A stretch of DNA of 64,000 nt from Myxococcales bacterium (GTDB lineage Bacteria; Myxococcota; B64-G9). Positions 28,559-40,699 of this stretch are shown here, in pieces. The notes beneath the pieces are model-generated. The model searched no databases. It was not told where the DNA came from and saw only the letters and a list, made by a program, of their open reading frames with translations. Position numbers and translations under genes: made by a program. The stretch is from positions 695 to 64,694 of the forward strand of contig JAAZNF010000085.1 in the NCBI GenBank assembly GCA_012798435.1. Reading direction: 5' to 3'. Position 1 is the first letter of the stretch. Each line of letters begins with the position of its first letter.

Positions 28559-31003
28559 ATGCGATGGTGCGGCGTTCTCGGCTTGTGTTTCGGATTGTTG
28601 GCGGCGGGTGCCGGGCTGGCGGGATGTGGCGACAACACGGCGTGCAGCAGCGACGCCGAATGTCCCGGCGGCTCCTGCATCGATGGCAAGTGCGGTCCCA
28701 AGGACACCGACAAGGACGGCAAGCCCGACGCCGACGACAACTGCCCGACGGTGGCCAACCCCGATCAACTGGACAGCGACCATGACGGCCAGGGCGACGC
28801 CTGCGACCGCTGCCCGAACGGCGCCGACACGGACTCCGACGGGAGCTGTGACGACAAGGACAACTGCGTGGCGGTGTCGAACCCCGACCAGTTCGACCGG
28901 GACGGCGACGGCCAGGGCGACACCTGCGATCCCTGCCCCCTGGATGCCAGCAACGACGCCGACGGCGACGGGCGCTGCGCGGAGGTGGACAACTGCCCCT
29001 CGGTGGCCAACCCGAGCCAGGAGGACACGGACCACGACGGCCCGGGCGACGCCTGTGACGTGTGCCCGGCGGATCCGCTCAACGACAGCGACGCCGACGG
29101 GTTCTGCGCTGGCGAGGACAACTGTCCTGTGGTGCGCAACCCCAGCCAGCAGGACACCGACGCGGACGGGCTCGGCGACGCCTGCGACGATCACGACGAC
29201 AACTTCCGCGACGGCGGGCCCTTCGATCCCGCCTGCCGCTACCAGCCACCGCGGGCGCAGTTCGCCCCGCGCGAGGCCGGGCGTTGGGAAGGCAGCGCCT
29301 TGTACCCGGAGAAGAACCAGGTCATGTCGACTCCAGCGGTGGTGAACCTCAACGACGACAACGGCGACGGAAGGGTGGACGAGAGCGACGTCCCCGACAT
29401 CGTATTCTCGGCCTTCTCGGTCTCGGGCGACCCGCCCATCCTGGGCTATGGCGTGCTTCGGGCCATCTCGGGCGACACCCTGACCGACCTGTGGGTGGTG
29501 GACCCGGCGCGGGTGCGGCTGGCCCCCGCCGCCAGCGTGGCCGCCGGCGACATCGACGGCGACGGCAAGGTGGAGATCCTGGCCCTGCGCTACGTCGGGG
29601 GCCTGGTGGCCTTCGAGAACGACGGCCAGCTCAAGTGGTCGTGCGCCGACTTCGGCCCCGACAACTGCGTGGACTACGCCAACCTGCACGGCGGCAACGA
29701 GTGGGGCGGGCCGGCCATCGCCGACCTGGACGGCGACGGGGCGCCGGAGATCGTGCTCGGGGCGGCGGTGTTTGGCGCCAACGGCCAGCTCCTGTGGCAA
29801 GGGAGCGGCTGCATCGGCGACAACGGGGTGGGCCCGCTCTCGGCGGTGGCCGACCTGGATCGCGACGGCAGGGCCGAGGTGATCACCGGCTGCACCGCCT
29901 ACCGCCACGATGGGCAGGTGTTCTGGAGCAACGGGCTCTCGGACGGGTTCGTGGCCATCGGCGACTTCGACACGGATGAATTCCCCGAGATCGTGGTGGT
30001 GTCGAACGGCGCCGCGCGGGTGCAGAACCACGACGGCAGCGTGCTGTGGGGCCCGGTCGATCTCCCCGGGGACGGGCGGGGCGGGCCGCCCACGGTGGCG
30101 GACTTCGACGGCGACGGGCTCCCGGAGATCGGCATCGCCGACCGCGACACCTACGTGGTGCTGGACAGCGACGGCGCCATCCTGTGGCAGGCCGCGACCC
30201 AGGACCACTCCTCATCGGCCACCGGGAGTTCGGTGTTCGACTTCGAGGACGACGGCTTCGCCGAGGTGGTGTACAACGACGAGACCACCCTGCGGGTGTA
30301 CGACGGCAGCACGGGAACGGTGCTGTTCGCCGCCCCCAACTCGTCCTTCACCGCCTACGAGTACCCGGTGATCGCCGACGTGGACAACGACGGCAACGCC
30401 GAGATCATCGTGTCGGCCAACGATTTCGTGAACACCACCGGCGGTGAGCTGTTCCACGGCGTCCGGGTGTTCTCCGACGCCAAGGACAATTGGGTGCGCA
30501 CCCGCCGAGTCTGGAACCAGCACACCTACCACATCACCAACGTGACCGAGGATGGCCGCATCCCGGCATCGGAGGCCGAGGGCTGGCTTCGCTACAACTC
30601 CTACCGGCAGAACGAGCTCGGCGAAGGCGAGGGAACGGCCACCCTGGCGCCCGACGCGGCGGCCAGTGGCCCGGCGGCGAACCTCGACGGCTGTCCCGCA
30701 AAGCTCCTACTCTCGGCCTGGGTCGAGAACCGGGGCGCGCAGGATCTGCCGGCGGCCTTGCCCGTGGCTTTCTACCGCGGCGATCCGCCCCAGGCGCTCA
30801 TCGGCGTGGCGCGCACCTCGGTGACGCTGCATCCGGGCCAGGCCCAGCGGCTCACCGTGGAGTGGCCCAATCCGCCGCGCGGCGCGCCGGTGACGGTATT
30901 GGTGGTGGCGGACGACGACGGCAACGGCGCCGGGATGGTGTCGGAGTGCGGCGATGACAGCAACAACCGCGCTCGTCTCTACCCGGTCTCCTGTCCCAAC
31001 TAA
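28559..31003 (+). CDS. Lipoprotein with thrombospondin type-3 repeats, FG-GAP/VCBS propeller and CARDB-like C-terminus
   Basis: Lipobox LAGC; DNCPxxxNPxQxDxDxDGxGDAC repeats; DxDGDGxxEI repeats; WNQHTY. Confidence 0.88.
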   Translation: MRWCGVLGLCFGLLAAGAGLAGCGDNTACSSDAECPGGSCIDGKCGPKDTDKDGKPDADDNCPTVANPDQLDSDHDGQGDACDRCPNGADTDSDGSCDDKDNCVAVSNPDQFDRDGDGQGDTCDPCPLDASNDADGDGRCAEVDNCPSVANPSQEDTDHDGPGDACDVCPADPLNDSDADGFCAGEDNCPVVRNPSQQDTDADGLGDACDDHDDNFRDGGPFDPACRYQPPRAQFAPREAGRWEGSALYPEKNQVMSTPAVVNLNDDNGDGRVDESDVPDIVFSAFSVSGDPPILGYGVLRAISGDTLTDLWVVDPARVRLAPAASVAAGDIDGDGKVEILALRYVGGLVAFENDGQLKWSCADFGPDNCVDYANLHGGNEWGGPAIADLDGDGAPEIVLGAAVFGANGQLLWQGSGCIGDNGVGPLSAVADLDRDGRAEVITGCTAYRHDGQVFWSNGLSDGFVAIGDFDTDEFPEIVVVSNGAARVQNHDGSVLWGPVDLPGDGRGGPPTVADFDGDGLPEIGIADRDTYVVLDSDGAILWQAATQDHSSSATGSSVFDFEDDGFAEVVYNDETTLRVYDGSTGTVLFAAPNSSFTAYEYPVIADVDNDGNAEIIVSANDFVNTTGGELFHGVRVFSDAKDNWVRTRRVWNQHTYHITNVTEDGRIPASEAEGWLRYNSYRQNELGEGEGTATLAPDAAASGPAANLDGCPAKLLLSAWVENRGAQDLPAALPVAFYRGDPPQALIGVARTSVTLHPGQAQRLTVEWPNPPRGAPVTVLVVADDDGNGAGMVSECGDDSNNRARLYPVSCPN

Positions 31004-31704
31004 CGGGTGGGCTGGGCGATTTTCCGCGCGGGGCGAGATCGGTCGGTTCTTGTGCTAGCCGCCGCCGGCAGGCACAGGGCCCGCACCTGCGCGCGCAGCG
31101 CCCGTTTGCGCGAGGCGATCTGCTCCGGCGAGAAGGGATCGGCGCCTCCCGCGAGCCCGCGCAGCAGGTCGGAGGCGGCGAAGTAGAAGAGGTGCAAACC
31201 CACGATGGACATGGCCAGCTGCCGGGTGTCCTGCCGGCGGAACGCCCCTTCCCGCATTCCCGCGTCCAGGAAGGCCTCGATCAGGTCGAAGGCCAGCCGC
31301 ACGTGCTGCCGCCCGGCGCCGAACAGGTAGTGCCGGCCTTCCACCAGCTCCCGCAGCAGGAGGCGGGCGGCGGAGGGTTGGCGGCCGAGGTACTCGGTGA
31401 CCAGCTCGCCCAGCCGATCCAGGCGCTCCTCGAACCGGCCGCTCTGGAGGCGCGCCGCCAGGACCAGTTTTCGTAGATCGGAGACCACTTCGTCCAGCAC
31501 CGCCTGGTACATCGCCTCCTTGGTGGCGAAGTGGTGGTACAGGGAGGCGCGGCGCAGGCCGGAGCGCTCGGCGACGGTGCCCAGGCTGGTGGCGCCGTAC
31601 CCCAGGCGGGCGAAGGCGTCCAGCGCGATACGCAGCAGGCGGTCCCGCCCGATGGGGTGGGAGGGGCGGCCGGGACGGCGTGGGACATCGAATTTTTCTC
31701 TCAT
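31000..31704 (-). CDS. TetR/AcrR family regulator
   Basis: A..FA..GY.ATSL..VA...SLYHHF.TKE HTH. Confidence 0.93.
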   Translation of the reverse strand: MREKFDVPRRPGRPSHPIGRDRLLRIALDAFARLGYGATSLGTVAERSGLRRASLYHHFATKEAMYQAVLDEVVSDLRKLVLAARLQSGRFEERLDRLGELVTEYLGRQPSAARLLLRELVEGRHYLFGAGRQHVRLAFDLIEAFLDAGMREGAFRRQDTRQLAMSIVGLHLFYFAASDLLRGLAGGADPFSPEQIASRKRALRAQVRALCLPAAASTRTDRSRPARKIAQPTR

Positions 31705-31712
31705 GGGCCGGC

Positions 31713-31759
31713 AGGATAGTGCACCCGGATTGACAGATCAATCTTCAAAGATGTAGATT
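31713..31759. promoter_or_regulatory. Overlapping divergent promoters with palindromic operator GATTGA-N4-TCAATC (31728-31743)
   Basis: + strand TTGACA-N18-TAGATT; - strand TTGATC-N17-TATCCT. Confidence 0.65.
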
Positions 31760-31775
31760 TAGCGCGGAGGTGCGG

Positions 31776-32969
31776 ATGCGCCATGCGAAGCGATGGTCCG
31801 GCGGCGGTTGGCGCTCGGCGCTCTGGGGGCTGGCCTTGAGCCTGGGCGCGCTGTCTCTGGCGAGCTGCGCCGGCGGCTCGGGCGCCGCGGACGGCGACGG
31901 GGCCGACGCGGGCGCAGACGGCGACTGGTTCGATGCCGCGCCCGACCTGGATGACGGAGGCCTCCGGGACGGGGCGGATGGCGCGGACACGCCGGACCTG
32001 TCAGACGGGGCGGATGGTTGGGACGGAGCGGGCGACGGCGCCGGTGACCCGGGCGAGCCGCTCGACCCGGCGCTTCCCGGCGGCCCGGCCGGGACCCGCG
32101 CCAACGCGAGCCCCACTCTCCCCGGTTGCCTCGACAACAGCACCGTGCCGCTCACCATCTACCTGCCGGCCGGTGCCGGGCCGTTCCCGGTGGTGGTCCT
32201 CCATCACGGGTTCCAGCTCGAGTCGGGCCTGTACGCCTCGTACGGCGAGCACCTGGCCAGCTGGGGCTACCTGGTGGTGATGCCCCAGCTCCCCGGCGGC
32301 CTGGTCAACCCCCCGACCCACCGCGAACTGAAGGATTGCCTGGTCGCGTTGATTTCCTGGATCGAACAGAACGCCGCCGACGCCTCCGGCCCGCTGGGCG
32401 GCAAGGCCGACGCCTCCCTTCTCGCGCTGGCCGGCCACTCCATGGGCGGGAAGATCTCGCTCTACGCGGCCACCGAGGACGCGCGGCCCAGGGCCGTCAT
32501 CGGACTGGACCCGGTCGACACGGTGGGTGGGCCAGGCAGCCAGCCGTCGCCGGATCGGCCCTCGGTGACGCCCGAGCTGATGGACCGCATCCAGGTCCCG
32601 CTGCTGCTCCTCGGCGAGACCGTCAACGCCACCTGCAGCGGGTTCATGTGCCAGGCCTGCGCCCCGGAAGAGGACAACTTCCACCAGTACTTTCTGTACG
32701 CCACGAGCCCGGCGCTGGAGGTGGAGATCCTCGGCGCCAACCACATGTCGTTCCTCGACAACCCCGATTGCGGCTTTGTGTGCTCGATGTGCCCCAAGGG
32801 CAGCGACGATCCCGCCGAGACCCGCCGGCTGACCCGGCGCTACCTCGTGGCGTTTCTCAACCTCGTCCTGCGCGGCGAGAGTGCCTACCGCACCTTCCTC
32901 ACCGGCCCGCGCATGGCGGCCGACGTGGCCGCCGGCCGGGTGCGATCCCAGAGCGAGAACGGCTTTTGA
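31776..32969 (+). CDS. Chlorophyllase/cutinase-like alpha/beta hydrolase lipoprotein
   Basis: Lipobox LASC; HGF, HLASWG, GHSMGG, DPVD, NHMSF. Confidence 0.85.
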   Translation: MRHAKRWSGGGWRSALWGLALSLGALSLASCAGGSGAADGDGADAGADGDWFDAAPDLDDGGLRDGADGADTPDLSDGADGWDGAGDGAGDPGEPLDPALPGGPAGTRANASPTLPGCLDNSTVPLTIYLPAGAGPFPVVVLHHGFQLESGLYASYGEHLASWGYLVVMPQLPGGLVNPPTHRELKDCLVALISWIEQNAADASGPLGGKADASLLALAGHSMGGKISLYAATEDARPRAVIGLDPVDTVGGPGSQPSPDRPSVTPELMDRIQVPLLLLGETVNATCSGFMCQACAPEEDNFHQYFLYATSPALEVEILGANHMSFLDNPDCGFVCSMCPKGSDDPAETRRLTRRYLVAFLNLVLRGESAYRTFLTGPRMAADVAAGRVRSQSENGF

Positions 32970-33018
32970 TTTCGCCTTGATCTGCCCTCCGTCCCGTGTC
33001 ATAAACGGCCCGCGGTTC

Positions 33019-33099
33019 GCGGGAGTGGCGAAACTGGTAGACGCGCAAGATTTAGGATCTTGTGGCTTTGCCGTGGGGGTTCGAGTCCCCCCTTCCGCA
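33019..33099 (+). tRNA. tRNA-Leu(UAG)
   Basis: GCGGGAG stem, CAAGA-TTTAGGA-TCTTG arm, variable arm, GGTTCGAGTCC. Confidence 0.95.
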
Positions 33100-33115
33100 T
33101 CGTAAGGGAGACGGT

Positions 33116-33991
33116 GTGCCTCGCTGGGTCTTGTGCATCCTGTGCGTCTCGCTCGTGGCCGGCTGCGCCGGTCCGGCGGCCGACCTCAGCGAAAAGCCGC
33201 CCGCGCCGGCCAGGCCCGCCGCGCGCAAGGCGGACGCCAAGGCGGCCCGCGCCGACGCTGGCGACGGCTGGGGAGAAGACCTGCTGGCCGCCCCTGGCGA
33301 AAAAAAAGCGCCGCCCAAGACCCCCGGGAATCGGGGCGCAGCCGAGGAGGAGGAAGATTGGGAGCAGGAACTGCGGCCCGAGCAGCCCCCGGCACCGCAG
33401 CCCGTCCGCCCGGCCCGCGAGCCCCCACCGACCGGCACGGCCCGCGCCGCCGGAGCGCAGACCCGGCGTCCGGATTCGGCCGAGAAGGGAAAAGAGCAAG
33501 CGACCGAGGGAGGCGCCGAGCCCGTGCTCGGAGTGTGGGCCGGGGGAGGAGTCCAGGTGCTGCGCGGCTCGCGGGTCCAGCCCTCGGCCAGCGTGGCGCT
33601 GGATGTCCGGCTCTCGCGCTGGATCGGCTGGAAGGGTTTTTTCGCCGCCGCGCGCCTGGACAGCGTGTTCGGCAGCACCCCGCTGGGCTCCGGCTACGTG
33701 ATGTGGGACGTGTTGGTGTCCGGGGGCGGACGCTTCGGCACGGGCTTGGTCCGTGTGAGCCCGGAACTCGGATTCGGCGCCCGGTTCCTCACCATCACCT
33801 CGCACGCGGGGGGCGCCACCGAGGAGCCGCGGGCGGGGTTCGGCTTCATGGCCGCCCTGGGTGTCGAGTTTTTGCTTGCACGGTTCTGTTTTTTGGGGAT
33901 CAAGGCCGGCGGCCGCTACCTCCAGGATCCGCTGTCGCGCGGTTTCGGTCTATCCGGCGCCTTCGATGCCGGCGTGTGGTTCGTTTTCTGA
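33116..33991 (+). CDS. Hypothetical lipoprotein with disordered linker and C-terminal OM beta-barrel-like domain
   Basis: LVAGC lipobox; alternating beta strands; terminal Phe; AGGGAG RBS. Confidence 0.6.
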   Translation: MPRWVLCILCVSLVAGCAGPAADLSEKPPAPARPAARKADAKAARADAGDGWGEDLLAAPGEKKAPPKTPGNRGAAEEEEDWEQELRPEQPPAPQPVRPAREPPPTGTARAAGAQTRRPDSAEKGKEQATEGGAEPVLGVWAGGGVQVLRGSRVQPSASVALDVRLSRWIGWKGFFAAARLDSVFGSTPLGSGYVMWDVLVSGGGRFGTGLVRVSPELGFGARFLTITSHAGGATEEPRAGFGFMAALGVEFLLARFCFLGIKAGGRYLQDPLSRGFGLSGAFDAGVWFVF

Positions 33992-34012
33992 GTTGGGGGA
34001 AGAGAGGCGATC

Positions 34013-35329
34013 ATGAAAGCGACGATCGAGAAGGCCGAGGGCGTCCACCGCGAGGTGCGGGTGGAGATCCCCTGGAGCACGGTGAAGGACGAGATGGATC
34101 GCGCCCTGCGGGAGCTGGCCAAGGGGCTCGCCCTGCCAGGGTTTCGCAAGGGCAAGGTGCCGCTGCCGGTGGTGCGCCAGCGGTACGGCCGGCAGGTGAG
34201 CGAGGACGCCGTCGCTCACCTGATGCAGGACGCTCTGGAGGCGGCCCTGGTGCAGAACAAACTGCGGCCGGTGTCCCGGGTGGAGATCTCGCGGGGCGAC
34301 CTCCAGGAGGGCCAGCCCTACGCCTTCACCGCCCGCTTCGAGGTGCGGCCCGACATCGAGATCAAGGAGTACAAGGGCCTGCAGGAAGAGAAGGGCGTGG
34401 CGCAGGTGAAGCCCGAGGACGTGGATCGCGAGATCGACCGGCTGCGGGAGGAGCACGCCAGCCTGGTGCCCGTCGAGGGTCGGGACACGGCCGCGAAGGA
34501 CGACGTGGCGGTCATCGACTACCGCGCCAGCCGGAACGGCCGCCCGCTGAAGGGTGGCGAGCGGCAGGGGTATCTGCTGCACATCGGTGCGGGCAAAGCG
34601 CTGCCGGGGTTCGAGGAGCACGTGGGGGGGATGCGCGTGGGCGAGGAGCGCGAGTTCGACCTCGAATTTCCCCGCGACGCCTCGGACAGCGAGCTGGCCG
34701 GGCAAGTCGTGCACTTTTCGGTGCGCCTGGTGGCCCTGAAGCGCCGCGAGATCCCGGCCCTCACCGACGAGTTCGTGCTGGACCTGGGCGACGCGGCGCT
34801 GGCCACGGTGGCCGACCTGCGCGGGCGCATCGAAAAGACCTTGCTGGCGCGCGAGGATGCCCGCCTGGCCGAGGAGCAGCGGGAGAAGCTCATCGGCAAG
34901 CTCATCGAGCGCAACCCCTTCCCGGTGCCGCCCTCCATGGTGGAGCGCCAGCAACAGGCCTACCTGGCGGAGATGGAGGCACTGCTCGGCCAGGGGGGCG
35001 GGCTGGAGCGGTTGGGGATGACCCGCGAGAAACTGCTCGGCGATCTGCGGGAGCGGGCCGAGCGCAGCGTGCGCGGCAACCTGTTGCTGCTGGCCGTGGC
35101 CGAGAAGGAGAAGATCACGGTGGAGGACGCCGACGTGGAGGAGCACCTCGCGCAGCTGGCCGAGCGGCTGGGGCAGAACCTGGCCCAGGTGAAGGCGCGT
35201 TTCGCGGAAGGCGATGCGCGCGAGGAGCTGCGCTACCGGCTGCTGCGGGACAAGGTGCTTGAATATTTGCTGCATTCATCTAACATGCCACCACAGGCCC
35301 CGCCCCCGGCGGCGGGCGCGCCGGCCTGA
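34013..35329 (+). CDS. tig: Trigger factor
   Basis: PGFRKGKVP signature, FKBP domain, upstream of clpP. Confidence 0.95.
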   Translation: MKATIEKAEGVHREVRVEIPWSTVKDEMDRALRELAKGLALPGFRKGKVPLPVVRQRYGRQVSEDAVAHLMQDALEAALVQNKLRPVSRVEISRGDLQEGQPYAFTARFEVRPDIEIKEYKGLQEEKGVAQVKPEDVDREIDRLREEHASLVPVEGRDTAAKDDVAVIDYRASRNGRPLKGGERQGYLLHIGAGKALPGFEEHVGGMRVGEEREFDLEFPRDASDSELAGQVVHFSVRLVALKRREIPALTDEFVLDLGDAALATVADLRGRIEKTLLAREDARLAEEQREKLIGKLIERNPFPVPPSMVERQQQAYLAEMEALLGQGGGLERLGMTREKLLGDLRERAERSVRGNLLLLAVAEKEKITVEDADVEEHLAQLAERLGQNLAQVKARFAEGDAREELRYRLLRDKVLEYLLHSSNMPPQAPPPAAGAPA

Positions 35330-35338
35330 GGAGCCCCC

Positions 35339-35941
35339 ATGAACCTGGTACCCATCGTCGTCGAGCAATCCCACCGCGGCGAGCGGGCCTACGACATCTA
35401 CTCGCGGCTGCTGAAGGATCGCATCGTGTTCATCGGCTCGGAGATCGACGACGACATCGCCAACCTGGTCATCGCCCAGATGTTGTTTCTGGAGAGCGAG
35501 GACCCGGACAAGGACATCAACCTGTACATCAACTCCCCCGGCGGCTCGGTGTCGGCCGGGCTGGCCATCTACGACACCATGCAGTACGTCAAGAGCGCCG
35601 TCTCCACCACCTGCATGGGCCAGGCGGCCAGCATGGCGGCGGTGCTGCTCTCGGCCGGCGCCGCCGGCAAGCGCTACTGCCTGCCGCACGCCCGGGTGAT
35701 GATCCACCAGCCGCAGGCCGGCTTCTACGGCCAGGCCTCGGACATCGAGATCCAGAGCCGCGAGATCCAGCGCCTCAAGGACACCCTCAACCGCATCCTG
35801 GCCGAGCACACCGGCCAGCCGCTGGAGCGGGTGGTCAAGGACACCGACCGCGACTGTTTCATGAGCGCCGAAGAGGCGGTGCAGTACGGCCTGGTGGACG
35901 AGGTGGTGCGCCGCCGGCCGGGCGTGGCCCCGGCGCGCTGA
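35339..35941 (+). CDS. clpP: ClpP protease subunit
   Basis: [26 protein letters not shown]. Confidence 0.98.
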   Translation: MNLVPIVVEQSHRGERAYDIYSRLLKDRIVFIGSEIDDDIANLVIAQMLFLESEDPDKDINLYINSPGGSVSAGLAIYDTMQYVKSAVSTTCMGQAASMAAVLLSAGAAGKRYCLPHARVMIHQPQAGFYGQASDIEIQSREIQRLKDTLNRILAEHTGQPLERVVKDTDRDCFMSAEEAVQYGLVDEVVRRRPGVAPAR

Positions 35942-35950
35942 GGAGACGGC

Positions 35951-37204
<1,254 letters not shown>

Positions 37205-37220
37205 GCCAGGAGGCCTACCC

Positions 37221-39719
<2,499 letters not shown>

Positions 39720-39793
39720 TTCTTCGGAGCTGGACGGATTCGACTTTATTTCCGCTTGCTACGGGTGCCGTTCGCTCTCGGCAGGGGTGAGAT

Positions 39794-40411
39794 TCACAGG
39801 ACGATGTCGTATCTGAAGAACAAATTGAACATGAGGTACTCGCCGGGCGAGGCCCACCCCTCGCTGTCGCCATATCCATGAAGGTCTTTGATCGAGCTCA
39901 TACCCACATCCAGGGAGGTCCCGAACGCGAAGTTCTTGCTGAGGAACCGCTCGTAGGAAAGCGACAGTGTGATGCGCCCCGAGTCGAAAAAGCCCCACTT
40001 CTGAAAGATCAAGCCGCCGGCGATCGAAGGGGAAATTCGAATCCGGTTGTTCTCTCCAAACCACACCTGCCAGTACAGGTACAAGGTGAGTTCCGGCTGC
40101 GTCGAGAATCCGACCGTGGTGTTGTCGGCGCCGGCCGGATCTATCGAGCCATACTGCTCCTCGATCCGGCCCTCGATGCCCAACCCGAGAAAATCGAAGA
40201 AGCCCCATTCGAAGGCGGCGCCGAGATAGGTCCCGGCGCCGATGACGTGAGAATCCCCGAGCCAGTGCTCCCCGAACATGCCCAGCGGCTGGCCTTCGCA
40301 ACCGATACCGGCCGTGAACCTGAGCTGGGCCTGGCTGGCCGCGGCCTCCGGCGCGCTCGTCAGCAGAAAGTACAAGGCCATCCCGGCCAGGATCGAGTTC
40401 GTTTTCATCAT
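39794..40411 (-). CDS. Hypothetical exported beta-barrel-like protein
   Basis: Signal peptide, alternating aromatic strands; visibly lower GC than neighbours. Confidence 0.6.
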   Translation of the reverse strand: MMKTNSILAGMALYFLLTSAPEAAASQAQLRFTAGIGCEGQPLGMFGEHWLGDSHVIGAGTYLGAAFEWGFFDFLGLGIEGRIEEQYGSIDPAGADNTTVGFSTQPELTLYLYWQVWFGENNRIRISPSIAGGLIFQKWGFFDSGRITLSLSYERFLSKNFAFGTSLDVGMSSIKDLHGYGDSEGWASPGEYLMFNLFFRYDIVL

Positions 40412-40468
40412 GCACCATCCTTTCATGGGCTTCTTGGAGCCTCCAGGAATCGCCATGACGGAAGGTAT

Positions 40469-40484
40469 TGCAAGGAACGCGCCA
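40469..40484 (-). promoter_or_regulatory. Candidate sigma54 promoter
   Basis: TGGCGC-GTTCC-TTGCA about 60 nt upstream of ATG. Confidence 0.55.
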
Positions 40485-40699
40485 TCGATCTTCTGGCCCA
40501 CTCTCCATGAAATTCGAGTAGTTGCCTGCCCCCCGACAACCCCTGCCTTGGCCGCCGATAGATTTTGTCACACGTGAGAATCCGAATTTCACAGCTCGTC
40601 GAGCAGGGGTGCCCGAGAAGCCGTGCCGGTATTCGGGCCCCTTTACTTGTTCGCGGCTGTTTGCTAGCGGTAGTGCGAACTCTTGATCGGAGGCGAATC

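Noticed and set aside
28700..29200. Periodic DNA repeats as a CRISPR array
   Set aside because: Degenerate coding TSP3 repeats without repeat-spacer structure; no cas genes
31728..31743. FNR box
   Set aside because: Half-site spacing is 2 bp shorter than TTGAT-N4-ATCAA; a TetR operator fits better
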